From assembly GCA_051294905.1 (NCBI GenBank), contig CM119372.1, forward strand, positions 31,994,001 to 32,058,000: a stretch of DNA of 64,000 nt. Direction: 5' to 3'. This document shows positions 24,101 through 39,100 of this stretch, piece by piece. Under the pieces are notes generated by a model that was given only the letters and a program-made list of their open reading frames with translations, did no database searches and had not been told where the DNA came from. Every line of letters begins with the position of its first letter. Position 1 is the stretch's first letter. The DNA comes from Botryllus schlosseri. Its lineage: Eukaryota. The translations under genes were made by a program, and so were the position numbers.

Positions 24101-27100
24101 GAATTACATAATGACTTTTTAAACATCGCTAAATGTAGCAACTGGAGCAATCAAATGATGTAGTAATCACATAAAATCTATATCTTCCGTCGATTTGCCA
24201 ACAATTTCGACGAAGACTTGCAAGGGAATATAAGCTTACGCCTTAACGGTCTAGGCCAGACCCGACAATGTATCCGGCGTCTGAGTGTTGCTACGTTGAT
24301 AATGATCAGAGTGTAAAACAGGTTTCGGTACTTGCAACCGATATTACCCCATTTAACAAAGTATACAGCAGTAGCCGACACCCCAATCGCATGGATTGGG
24401 TTTTTATGATGCAATAAACATATGAAATCGAGATGGCCCCCGTACGCTTGCAAGATTTTTTACGTCAGACAACGATATCAATTTCATTGATTGGTTGCAT
24501 AAGCATCATTTGCTGACTATACCTACATGTGGCGTATTTCGCTCTTGATGTTGCGTGATTGCGGGTTAAGCTCACAGCATAGAGTCACTAAATATTCACA
24601 AACGGAAAGCTGGATATTTTAAGCAAATTTTTGTTACAAAGCAAGTAAAATTTTTGAGATTGTCAAGGTGTAAGCTTGTTTTATGTTGATTTTTATGCTT
24701 CCATCGCCATGCATCGAGTGGCCCGCAGTTGAAATGCAATAAATTTCAACCCAAGATGTTATAATGACGTGAAAATTACAATATATGAAAAAGGTTCAGA
24801 GTGCAGAGAACCTACAAAGGTTCGTTGGTGAACGTGAACCTCTAAATGTCTGAGGTTCACTCACAGAACGCGAACGTGAAGCTCGCGTACACACCATCCC
24901 TATACTCTGCAGTCTACTTGGTCTGACTCATTTTCTACATCTCCTACTGTAGGCTATGTGCACTGTGCAGCATGCATAAGTTATTAAGTATATATAGAAG
25001 ACAAATATAGTTTAATATATGTGGAAAATTTGATAGTTTCGTCTTTGTCAATGAGAAATATTTTTCCGCATTTACATGCCAACCTTACCTTTTGCGTTGA
25101 AGGGGAAATAGAGAAAAACAGTCCGCATGAGTTTGGCGGGGGTCATCCGACTTTTGTTGAAACGAGCTTTTCAAACCAGCAAACAGGTACGTTGACCGTG
25201 TAGCCAATAAAAATGACGCAGTCTAATGTAGTTCCGGATATTTGTCTGATTATACTCGGTACGACTAGTCTTTTATTGATATAATGTAAAATTTGAATTC
25301 GTGGATCACGTAGATCAGGGGTTCTCAACCCGCGGCAGACGCTTGTTCTGCGGCCCGCGAGCTCTTTCAATATGATCGCAATTACTACCGGCACAGTATT
25401 GTTGCATATTAATTTAGCTACTTAAGCTCTCTTATCGCACCGTCTCTGTTTCGTTTGATTTATTCTCATTCTTCAATGTGTTCTGGTTTCTTGATATATG
25501 GTCGAGTTTAGATTCTTATTGTTTTGAATAGGTCTTCGGACAGTTCCATCTGGAGTTATACATATCACCTGATCTTATAAAAAAGCGTTACTAGCTAGGT
25601 CTGAGGCCCAGCAATCCATATTTTGAGGCATTGTTGAGATTGCCGACGATGTTAAAGACGCATGGTTCAAAATTGCTTGGTATATCGCTAAACCCCCATG
25701 GAATGTGCTAGAAAAAGTGTGTCTCCAACAAAACGTTACTATACTGTGCGAATCTCCGCTGTTTCCGGAATTTAGCAGCAAGGACAACTTCACCTAACAA
25801 ATTTCGAAGCTGCAGTTGTCTGATTCAACCGTGACAAGAAGAGTAACAGCAATGTCAGTTGATCTTTTGTCGCATGTTTTGAAACACGTTGCCGCGTACA
25901 CTACTTTAACCAAACATTGGACAAAATCCACGGACATTGCAACGCTAATTGTATTGGAGTATTCTATCGGAGTGGATATATTTGTAGACGTAATGCTGGC
26001 CGGGAAAACGTGGGGAGAGGGAACTAGCAAACAACATCAACTTGACAAAGCTGACATCTGTAACTATTGGTGCAGAGCATCAGCCACGGAAGGAAAGGAG
26101 AAGGGTTGAATGATTGGTTTGCTCAGAAGTTACCCCGAACAAGAGACTTCTTCTCGTATCACTGAGAGCTCAAAGTGACAATGGCCTCTGTAACGAAAAA
26201 GTTACCGTAATTTTATACTTGCTCGCTCACGCATTAAAACAGAGAGTTCAGTTCTCTGGTGCAAGGGTTTGAAGGTGCACATACCGACTTGGGAACGAAT
26301 GCAATGCACGCTTCATGAAGGGATTTACTTGTTCCGTCGGAAGATAACATAATCTCACTAGAAACAGCAACTGAAAGCTTACGAACGCTGTCTATTAATG
26401 CTGTAGAATGCATACAAATGCACTAAATGCCCATATACGACTGGTAAATAGGCTATATTAGCCTAAATATAATAGTAGTCCACAAATATACGGTAATAAT
26501 ATTCTGCGGCCCGCAGCGGTTTTTGCTGTTAAGATGCGGCCCGTCATGCAAGGAAAGTTGAGAACCTCTGACGTAGATGATAGATTGGTTGGAATTTTGA
26601 CGGGTAGGCCTACTCTCAAAAGCTTAGTCGGAGTATAAGTTGAGATAACCATATTGAGTTTGACAGTGCCGGCAAAACACCTAATATTAATGATCGACAA
26701 ACTGAATATTATAGTCTAAAACAGGAGTCGCGAACATACGGCCGGAAGGCCGTATCCAACCCGAGAAGCAATTCTGAGTAAATGAAACATTTCTTGCATT
26801 ATCCGCCACATTTCTATCAAAGTTTAGATTTTTAATAAGAAATGCTTTCATGTAAATAATTGCTTCAGACATTTTAACACATTATAACCCTGATTTCATA
26901 GTAATGAACCGAATTCCGAAGTTTGCGTTGACAGTTAAATATCTTGTATTCCCCACAACGAATACGGAGCAACGTAGGACCAACAATGTATCACGACTAA
27001 AACAGGTGGAACATAGAGATATGTTAACTTATATAGTTATTCATATATAACGTTGTAGGTTCATGCCACCGTTTTAGCAGTTTATATGTGCGGTCAATCG

Positions 27101-30100
27101 GCCAAATTATCTATTTGTATTAATTCCTTATTTGGCCAAATGGCAATGGCCATTTGGCGAGGTATAGCTGGACTAGATTCTCTGAATAAGTTCTCTATAA
27201 TCCAAAATATTATGCATTGTATATAGGCTTGATAATGAAGGATACCAATAAAAAGAGAGTTTGACAGCCCTGGTCTAAAATTTTCACTCCCTAAGGCCTA
27301 GACCTTCTCACTGTTTATATTAGGTCGTTGCGGCAGCAATATTTGGTGTTTGGGTTTGCAACGTACATCGACATTGTACGTATATATTGCTACTGGCACA
27401 GATGTCTCTATTGAAGTGTATACTCTGCCTTATTAGTAGCACTGTAGTATCTGTCTACCCTCAGTACTGACTCAAGGAATTTTGTCTTCTAACGACTTTC
27501 ACTACGAGTTCAACAATTTTAGGAAACGCGCTACTTTACGTTTCACCGTCTATATTTGGAAAAGTAAAATGTAACCTTTGGATGCATTTGCATCGACTTG
27601 TAAATTGCCGTTATATCCAAGTTATGTAGCCTATGCCAGGGACTACGGGAGCTTCACATTTATATAGAAAGTTGGAAATGTAGCGCCCCTATGCTCAATC
27701 TACACTAGCAACGAGACGGCATGACACGATTCCCCAGAATAAGTTGAATATTCAGCCTAATTTCGAAAATTGTTGCTTGCCATTGGCAAACTATTTCGTA
27801 TTTCGTAATTGCAATCTACTGCTCTAACTTCTCCCTCAAGTAATATTGAAATTTTCCACTTGAGTGCTCCTGCCAGACTTGATCATCAGTGCGTCTTCTG
27901 GTAATTGTGTGGAACTTTGCAACGAGTGCACTTACTATTAGCTGTGAATCATCAATAACTGATAACCACCTTTGAGAATTGGCAGTTCAATTTATTTTTC
28001 AATGTTTGAAGACTCAATAAAAACGCTCGTTTTTAAGGAATATATCTACCGACGCATTCGGACCTGGGTAAGATATCTTTCTGAGCTAGTCGGTATAAAT
28101 TTACCGAGACTCTTCCAATTTGCTGCTCAGGGAATATTTTATTGGGAACTTTCGGTATCTCTGATCCCCATGAGCTGGAAAAGATGTGGCATGTATTTAC
28201 TGGTGAGAGACATTCTTCTTGATTATTTTTCAACTCAAAACTAAGTTAAGGCGTTACAAGACATTGAATTAAAGATTAACACATCCGCGCATCAATCCAT
28301 TCACGTACACATGAACAGATGTACACTTGTAGAGTGTACAATGCTTGCAATTAAGTCTATATCTTTTTCGACAGAAATCGTGCGTAGGGAACAACGCAAC
28401 AGACACATGGAACTAAGTAAGTCATACCCAATTGAGGATATAATAGGGTTGATTTCCACGGATCATTTTTTCAGCGCTTCAGCTGGCACCGTATCCAGGT
28501 GGTAAGTTGTGAAATAATACGTGCAATTTTATGACCATGGGCACGGGATTTTGATTGTGTAATGTAATGGACACGTACAGGGTATCGAGACAGCTAAAAG
28601 CGGTCCATGACAATCACGCCAGCATATTCATATTTTCAGGTTCATGAGCCTCATGTTCACGTTATTTTCGTCGCCTTCTTTCGCGTGCGTCTTTCGTATG
28701 GTCTGCCATCCCTTATGAATAGAGAGTTACAGTTGAGGAGGATCGATCGACACTTGCAAACGCCACAGACCAGAAAGTCGAACCAGTTATCGTCAGCTAA
28801 CGGACTCTTTGTCCAGTGCGCACGGGCTACGAACAGCTTTACCAACGCGCTGTTTTTGTTTAATGCAAACGTTCCTAGCCAATAACCAGGCGTCACGGTC
28901 TATTATTGCTTACACGATAAGCCCCTATTAACCCTTTTAATGGGGGGGGGGGGTCAGTGGTGACCCAAGTTCAAGTTCATCTCTCAATTTCTCCAAATAT
29001 ATATGTCGTAGCGGACTGCTTCTGGTTTCTATGGAAAGCCTGCTATCTTCTGCTTTATATGATACCTAATTTGAACGTATAGGGCATGACAGTTTTCTAA
29101 TACCGACGATCTTACATGAAGAGTTCGGCTGAAAATGCCCATGTCTAAAATTTCCAGATATTTTCCGAGTGGGAAATATAGTCAGAAATTCTGCCAGAAC
29201 ATCAGAAGTCGACTTGTACGGTATTCTGTGTAATTTATCACCGTTTCGAACATCAAACCTTGTTCTGGGGAATTTTGTGAGGGAGTTTGTTAATTGTGGT
29301 CACGCTTCGGTGATTTTCAAAAACATAGTCAAGTTCAAGTCCAAGTTCGCGACGGAATATGACTCATGAACTGGTTTACTATGCCTGCAAATGGTGGGAT
29401 ATGACAGGAGACAGTATACCACGTTGTTTCATGCCATTAACTGGGCGGTAGGGGTCCGATTTGGTATTGATCTTGAACTTGACCATCTTGAACTTGACCA
29501 CTCACTGACCACGCCCATATGTAAATTTTTCATGTATTTTTGATTTTTCGATATCCGGCGAGCCGCGTGGCTTACGGTCATGGTTGACGGCTTGTTTGAA
29601 ACCAGGCAACGGTGGCTACGCACTGAGGCATCATTTTTGACTCTCTGACGCTACCCTGGGGGTCAGTCTAGAAAAATGAGAGAGAGAAAGAGATTTTTCA
29701 GAAAAAAGTTTGTTTATTTAGTCTTATAAAAAACCCTTGACATGGCATGGGGTGTCGATCGAGGGCGGAAACGGTAGATGGCTATACTCCGGCCACTTTT
29801 AAACTGGATCAGCTCAGATTGAAGTCTTGGTGAGGTCACGGTATGAATTTGAAAAGTGATGGTCAGTTCTGCAAAAACTGACCCCCCATTAAAAGGGTTA
29901 AATCTCCTGCCTAACAGATCATCCATATCTAGAAGTACTCTACCTATGGAATGAATATATATAATTGTATCCTGACAAAACTCTTGAATTTAGAACACAA
30001 AAGTCATCCCGATATTGAAGACCACCTCCTTCAAATGCAGAGCGGTAAGAGAGAATGCATATAATCACGTGCACGGGATACTACTAAAAATGCAATAAAT

Positions 30101-33100
30101 GTTAAGTTGTATTGAGTATGCCTACGCTCATAATGCGATCAACCCGCCACTTATGATAACTTGTTAAATTTCAGAGGGAGGGCTGAATCCGGAAGTACTG
30201 AATCATGTAACATATATGGCAATGATGTATGTAAATAGTAAGTACCTTCTGCGCCTAATTTGACATCATATATTTAAGACAGGTACGGGTCAGAGTTTCT
30301 ATGCGGATTCGAATGTAACGTCCGACGATAACGTTAGTTAGGGATATGACTGAGTCCGTATCTCGCTATTTACTCCAGGAACATAAAAGTAGCCAGTATG
30401 ATTTCACGAAAGTATCGGTGAATATAATTTAGGTAGCGGGTTGGCGTGGTTCCGTTCACACCGCATTGTCGCCATTCACCCATATGAAATATTTCATTAC
30501 AGCATATATCGCTTATCATAACGTTTGAAACTGATGTTTCGCAATCTAGTATTTACTTATCATTTCGTAATCTAGCAGTCCATGGCGTGTCCTCATCTGG
30601 AAACGGGGACTCTGACTATTTTTAGTTTTAGAGCAGTTTTAGCATACCACCTTTGAAAATTTCTGGACTAAAGACATTTTCCGCTATTAGAAGTAGTATT
30701 TATACTTCATTTTCAATTCCCAGTATCATATACTTTGAGTTCTAATTAATATCAGTTCTTTTGTTTGGATACCATACATGTTGAAGTATAAAAACAAGTG
30801 TAGTAATGCCTTTAATTTCCAGAAATAAAGCTACACGACATGGCATTTTTGCGATCCGCCATTTTTTTATTAACCTTTACTATCTCGCAAACTGTTTACA
30901 CCGTATCCTATACAACTTATCCGTATTGCTCTGTGACTAAACTACGGGCCGTATGATATGGGGGAGGGCACCATACCATGATATTTTCTGAAACATGCTG
31001 TTTGAGTAAATGAAGGATTAGTATCGCATTTCCATCATATCAATACTATCATTTTCATCCCATTATGCGGACGAATACTTATGCTGTCGAAAATTGGATA
31101 CCTCCTGGTATGTATCAATATGAATCAAGCTCGGCACCTTTCGCATAGCTCAATTTGCAGCTTTTGACAATCCATGCGAACGAAATACGATCGTTTTCAA
31201 ATCTACTCACTTAATTGAGTGGATTTAGAGTCAGTAAATTCTACTTCTACTTCACGTAGTTTTGGGTTGCTTATGGAAGAAGTACTTCTACTTCTACTTG
31301 AGTAGCCGTCTTGACTACTTTGACCACCTCTGATATCCCGCAATTATACAGACACGAGATATTCAAATTCACAATGGCAAACGGTGCTAAAGTATGAAAC
31401 GTTCTAGAATATGAGATGAAGCTCGTGCAAAACTCTCACAGCATGAAAATAATAATGCCATTTCCTGAATTCGACCATTGGAATTTTTTACTGGAGCTCT
31501 ATCGCAGTTAGGGTTGCATTTAAAACAAACGGTGTTTTAAAACACTTTGTTGAAATCATGTTTTAAACAGTGTTTTAAACAATGGCCTTTAAAAAAAATT
31601 GTGTTTGTTTAAGGTGTAAAATTATGCCAGTATTGTGTAAATACTTCAACAAAAAACATGTTGTATGAGCCTACGGACAATTTTAACCGATGTATATAGA
31701 TATGGGATGGTTGGAACCCTCAAAATAGTCGGTTCAACAGCAATAGTGCAGATATTTCGTCAAAAGAGCTATATTTACCCTATATTTTCAATTGTCAATG
31801 TCAATTCACTATGACGTCACTTTTAAATATTCGTGACATCATGGCCTAAAACACAATGAAAAACATGTTTTAAACATGGGCCTTGTTATAAACATGTTTG
31901 TTTTAAATGCAACCCTAATCGCACTGGTTCTCAAACTGGGGGCGCGCCGTCATCATAACATTCGTAAGTGACTTTCTGCATTAATGCATATTGCATTCAA
32001 ACTTTAACAGGGCTGATAGATTTATATATCTATAATTTCGGTATCTATATTGAGGATACACATTTCTATAAATCAAGCGTTTGCGGCTTATATTCGTGAC
32101 ACGCAATCATCTGAAAATTTCGAATAATATGTCTATCCGCAATGGACATACTAAGCAGATACATTACAGTTTCATACCAATATAATTCACTTCCCAGTTA
32201 CTATGCTGCATGTATCTCGTATCGTCTGCAATTCTTTAACGTGTATTTCAGACAACATGAGAGCGCCGAAAGGAATGTATGGACTGCATGGTAAGTCAAA
32301 TATATTATGCCCGACAATCTGCCGATTTGAACTGAAAAGTCCACTACTTTTGAAACCGCATTGTACATAAAATATTATTAAAATAAAATAAATAAAATAG
32401 AAATCCCAAATATCGTCATCTCCGACCTAAAACCTACATATATTCCACATATTGACTTTTTAAGCATACGATAGATTGCTTATCGACAAGAATAAAGCAG
32501 TTTATGCAATTCGTGATGAGTGCTGGTACTGATGTAGCAGTGCACTTGTCGAAAAAGGCACATAGCGTGGTGTGGTGGTAGTAATGGACTAATGGTGTGT
32601 ACCTTGTAGTAGTAGATGCACCAACCGCGACTGTATACATTTCTATGTGAATAACACTGTGGTGAGATATGGCCGTTTTCCCACAGTCCATGATTACGAT
32701 ACTACAGATTTATTTTTAATGATCGTCGCAGTAACAAGTGACGTCACAGTGTTTTTCATGGCTTTTTCGTGGCTGTACTGTGTACGCGTATAGGAAAAAT
32801 AACATTCAGAATTAAGTATTAAAACGACAATTTTACGCTCGAATATTAATTTGAACACAACTCAGATACATCAGATGAATTAATGAATTTTTAACGTGGT
32901 GGTGGCCACCCCCCCACTAATAGAATGGTTAACATTAGGTATACAAGTGTGTTATGCCGATGCTTGAAACCAAATGGTGATTATAAGCTGTTAGCAGCAA
33001 CCACCGGCTCGTCGATTATAGCCAATTCTACTGTCTATTTGCCTCCAGGACACACAACGTTAACCGCACGCTAACGTTAATCGTCAACGTTTTCCGCAAA

Positions 33101-36100
33101 AGGCTGGCAGTATTTGGAAATTTTGTTGTGGCTAATCTAGGACGTGGACTTGCGTTCTTTGCGTTTTCTGTGAAGACGAACTGCTGCCAGACACCCTTCA
33201 CTGTCGTCTTAAACATTTTTTAAATCAATTTATGCGCTTTATTTAGCAATTCATAGTTTGAATAATCAATCAATAATTTGACTTATCGGGTCCGAAGAAT
33301 CCTTTCGAAATGTAGTTCGCATTGATTCATTTATAAAGGAGTATATATTGCTTCACCACCGATGACAGAGAAGAAATAGTTTTCTGTTAATTTCTTATTG
33401 ACCACCGGGCATTCATCTTCTATTTTCGCTATTTGGTCAAGTCGGAAAGTTCGTTGTCGATGACAACGCTGAACAAATTTACACTCTACGAAAGCGAGAT
33501 CTTTTGAAATAAGCACTTCGGTCGGACACTAATAACTTGTCCCACTTGCTAAACATATTCGGGTATTATTTACGTTATTATCCAACTAATGCTGTGAGTT
33601 CACCGCAGCCGAAACTGCGGTCGGGCTAATGCAGAAACAGCAAATATACAACCTACTTCAAAACTATATTATGGCGATAATTTATACTTATAAGATAGAA
33701 TAAACCGAGAAAAGTATTAACTATGTCTTTATATATTTTCGCGAAATTATATCTACATATGATATATCTTTGCTGGAAGCCTTCGCGGGTGGCACAAAGA
33801 GTTGCTGCAGGATGCATGCGACCCACAAGTCGTATTGTTTGCCCAATGTCCTGCTCTACATTGTAAATTGTTCACTCGGAACCTATCATGGATTTGCTCC
33901 TTCGGTAATTCTCATGGCAAGCAATACATGAAGTAACATATAGTCACCAGCGTAATAAACTAATTCCTAGTCCGACTAAAAATTATATTGTAATTAAGCA
34001 TATCCATGTTTTAGTTCAAGTCTGGCAAAGGGAACGACTTAGTGAGTATTAATCTGCCGGTATGAGGGTACAGAATTCTGAATTTACGATTTCGCACGTG
34101 TGATTGTAATTGACAGGCGAAACCTTGAATGCTGAGTTTGGACAACAAGCAAACAGACACTTTAATGGAATGTGGTACCAGTACGTAGGTAAGTGTTAAA
34201 ATACCATGCATCTCCGACAAGGTTGATATCGTATAGTCGATTTACCTCCACGTATTTCGTAACTCACCATGCCCCAACACTAATATTTAACTGAATGCGG
34301 TGATGTCCATGAAAACGCACTATTACTCATTCGCCGATTTGAATACGCAAACCAGACTGTATTTAATATAGGCATTAATGTGATATCTTTGTGCGCGGAA
34401 TATTTGTACATTGTCGGTTAAAACAACTGAGGCCAATTTTAGAACTTTTTATTTCGCTCAAAAATGAATATCAGAGATATCGCACGATTGAGTTAGCAAA
34501 ATCGAACACCCATCAAAAACGCCGAAATGACATGTGACTCGACGGGTAGCATACACTAATCCTTGAGTAGCTGACTATACTTAAAGAATAAAGTCTAACC
34601 TTATCCGCAAATGACTCCTTTACCATAGATAACGTTTTTTGTGGTTAACCTCCATGAACTCCTGATCTAGAGTTTAAATTTGTTGTTCAAGAAAATATAA
34701 TGGAAGTGTGGAAATGCTCATACGACAATATGGTTGTGATTCTATTTCAGACTCTATCGACAAAGCAATGGAGGCACGTAATTTAGCACCAAGTATGACA
34801 ATATCTGTAGTTTTCTAAGAAACTTTGAGAACTAATAATATGTTATTTTTAGTGTTCGTGAGCGTTGAATTACCTCCAGCAGGTAATGTCTCTATAGCTG
34901 AGGATTTTATGGTCAGCCTCAATATTAATTAGTAACTGCATGTAATTTATACGGTTTCACACTTGGTGATGAAATCGAAAGTCCTGACACTCAGTCCTTA
35001 ACGGTATAAAAGTATCAAGCACGTCTGTGATGCAGATGAGAAATGCAACATCCTTCATTATATGTCGTAAGCATGCAAACATAGTCAAAATGAATTCGTC
35101 ACGCGAACAGCTACCGCTACTAACCCGTTCAGGTTACAGTGTAGGCTTGATGCTGCGAATATATTTATTTACTTAGAAATGCGGCACAGGGAGGACATGA
35201 GAAGACGTATGGACCAACTGCTGCAACGTAAGAAAATAGCCTACCTGTGTCGTGGTATAGTCACTGATGTTCCATGGTACGAAACTAAACGTACTGGAAT
35301 TCCTACACAAATAGCATATCAAAAGAATGAAGGATTTCTATGGGGCAACAAATTTATATTAATGCCCCTATAGTCCAGTGTTAACATGGCCCTTAACTTT
35401 GGACTATCGGCGTATAAGCGGTAGTACAACGTCCTTCATAATGCTACAAAGGTGATATAGTGATGGGTACACGACGTTTTACGGCGGTGTAAACGACCAT
35501 TGATACAGTCAAAGATTGAAAGAGACTTATGTGAATGTCATTATAACACCCACAATTGCCTCATACTTGATCTTCTAAAAGCAAATCAATATTATATATT
35601 TCAGAGGGAGACCCTGAAGCGCAAATGATGGCTCGAGTGGAGGAATTATCAATGCAATATATGGATGGTAAGTTTTGAAATATAGCATACACAGTATTTG
35701 AGTTGTTGAGCAATACATGAACGCTTTTAATGACCTCGAAACAGTAGCAATGGTCGAAATTAGGATCAAATCGTGTAGCACTATTTATATACGATAGGAT
35801 ATTGAAATAGGGTCAATACTTAAACATGGGAGCCATCAATAAGGGTGTGCTAATATCAGCATTAATACTTTATGATGCAGCAGTCAATGTACAGTAGAAA
35901 TATAAATCCTGCGAACGCATATACTGACGAGGTTGTCCGTTATTTTGGCATGTAACTTTATAACCTCCCTTCAAAAAAACGAACTCCAACTTAATCATGG
36001 CGAGGATCCTAACACATGCTAAAGCGTCGCATGCCATTGTCTCGCCGCTCGTCACATGTCGGCGAAACAAAATATGCACACCCAGGCACGTACCCAGGAC

Positions 36101-39100
36101 AAGAATTAAATTGAGTCATATGCATTTTTCGGTGGGTAAGACAAGTTAAATTTCCCTATATCATATTAGTATACGTCCATTGTGATTTAATAAACAGACT
36201 GCGTCACAAGGTTTGAGTTGTAAACGTGGGCAAAATGAGCCATTTGCCCATCCTTCTATATTTCTTTGTATACCGCAAAGATCGGCGACTGTATTAACCG
36301 TAAAGAATATTTTGGTACATTTATGTTTTAAATTTCGATTCTTGGGTAGCAGTAGCAAGCCGCCGTGACTGTTCCATCACCGATCACGCATCATTTGGGG
36401 CTCTTCGAAGTAAAATAGGCGCCCTCAATTCACCGCGCCCGGCTTGACAAAAAACCATGGCTGTCACCTAATGAATAATCCGAATCTTTATGCAGGTTTT
36501 CTAAAGGAAGTCGAAATTGAAAGAACGACTCCAGGTTAGAAATGTTCCGGTCGCTCATTTTGCCTTATTTTGCATGAGTAGCAAATTCCACCTTTCTTCG
36601 TCTGATAGTTGTGTACTAATTGATACGCATGGAATATTTGTTGATAATGCTGTATATGGTAACGCACTCGATATTAAACACAGAAACTCCCCGAAATTAT
36701 TGTCAGTAATTTAATCTGCCTATTTTGACCAGATTACATTCGATGAAGACAATGGAGACATGACACTAGTAGCATGTACAAATGATTAATCAGATGTTGT
36801 GGTGGCAATTGAAAGTGGTGTCATCAATGTAGATTCCTCACGAGTCCGAACATGTATATTGTTGATATATTATGAATCGGGTAAATCGATTATTATATAA
36901 TCGGTTAACTTGACTTGACCCCAGTCAAAATGTGCAATGACTCGAAATGACTTGTGACTCGAAGGTATAGTGACTTGATTCCAACACTGCATTCTAGTGT
37001 CATAAATATTGTGACTCAATCATGGATTTTATTTTAATCGATTGGGAATCATTTGAGTGAAGGAACTACGAGCATTTCGATCAACGCCTTGGAAGCTTCT
37101 ATTTAAATTATCTGAGCGAGTCCAACCAATCCTCCAATCCTATCTCAAACTGACTTCTAATGCAAATGAACGCGACACCACCCCACCTTGAACCCAAGCC
37201 TTGATGTTTTTTGACAATTGCCTTGAATCATTGTTACAGTGATGGCGCAAGAACGACGGAAGTTGGGTGAGATCGATGAAGCAACAGCAATCATGTCGAA
37301 ATGTTTTTTCATGTTCCTGAAATTCCTGTTTACAGATTCATTCTTGGACAATAACTTTGAAAATGTGGGATACGAGACGAAAAGAGATATGTGGTATCGC
37401 TACGCATGTGAGTACTGTTTCGATTGAATGTATAGTGATTGAATATCTTTAAATTTCCGCGTAATCTTGAATAAAAACAAGTAATGACTTTTTTGGTGTA
37501 TTGCAGTATTCATATCTAGGCGGAAATATTTTTAAATTGAAAATCATCTCATAAAATACAAAAATTAAATTGCGATATTTAGAATAACAGTTCATAATTA
37601 TAATATCAGGTAGACGGAAAAATAAGCGATGTAGCATGCGCCTGTATAAGTCAAATTCACAAATATAAGATGTACAATTAGTACAAATATATAAATGTCG
37701 GCGGTGATTGAATTATATATGTTAGATGTAGCACTGATCGTTGCTTGCGACGTCAAGTAGAATGAATTAATTTTAAAGTAAAGTTTAAAGACAATTGAGA
37801 AATGTAAGTTGTTGAAAATAAACACTTTATGATAGCGATTAGATATTGACGCACACCATCGAATGAGTGGTGGTTTAAGACACCAAGCCCACAGCCGGTT
37901 GAACTCACCGAAGAAAAATTAGTATCTTACACATTTCCTATAATCAAGCGCCTCGCGCCGTATACGGAGCGCTGGGTTCAAACTATGCAATATGCATCGC
38001 TCAGTCGTTTGTGCGAAACGTCTTCGCTTTTAAAAATGAGAAAAATATATTTCTTTTCATTCTTCACAGCCAGAATTCATGAAGAAATACAGGCATGGAG
38101 ACCGCCAGAAAGACCAAGTATGAAACAATGACAATATTGGTACTTTCTGTTGAGGTGTCTTAAAATGAACAATGGGGTACGTTTCAGATTTTCTGCAACC
38201 GATTCTTCCAATTCGTAAGTAGTATTAAGCTAGGGCATTTCGACACGACAATGACTTCTGGCAAAACATCCCTGCCGACGTTGTAATCATTACCGCGAAC
38301 ATCATTATTTCTCACTATAATTGAAACTCGCGTGTACTTCCGTACTGCAATGATATATTAGGAATATACTCTTCCTTCTGGGTATACTGATGATTCTGTT
38401 TCTTAAGGATATTTAAGCACTGTCATTCTTTAATTCACTAATACCCGTTCTGTTGTTATAGCGTACGCAGACGAGCTTGACTTTCAACGTCATATGAGTC
38501 AAATTCAAAGAGGTAAGATATTGGCAGCTTGTGTTAACATCATTAATTTATCATCAATGAAGATAATGCTTGAAATATATAGTACCCTGCGATTACTCTC
38601 ACATCCTTCGTTTCATACATGTAATCGACTCCATAAGTGACAATCATGTCCCGTTTTGTAATATTGTAAAGTACACTATGTATATCTAAATTGACAGTTG
38701 TGTCGATTACTCTTTTATGGACGTAAAGCTGTGATCTACAACAGGCTGTACCCGAATGGGCGATCGTTTAGTTAGCAATGGCATGTAAATTATTGTCTCA
38801 ATGAATCACGCGAGTTATTGTTAAAAGCTGACCAAGAACACATCTCTATGGGCTATCAGATATACATTTCCTATTTTGTTGTTGTTGAAAACGGTCCCCG
38901 CAAAGCTTTAGTACCGTACATCACATACAAGTGATGCAGCTCCACGGCAACAGCAACTCAGAAAGGCTATTGTGGCTATTGTTACGTTACGTTCGTACAG
39001 GCCTATCACAATATACAAATAGGCTATGTAGGATTGTAGGCCTATACTGTTCATGTTCATAGAGTACCATTGAACTTTTTAGGTTTGATGAACAGAGGTG

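Noticed and set aside
26935..27005. Additional micro-exon
   Set aside because: 71 nt, asymmetric, with a stop in the paralogous frame; treated as a decayed copy.
36733..36770. Additional micro-exon (..NGDMTL)
   Set aside because: Stop codon in phase 1 and a weak gtagca donor.
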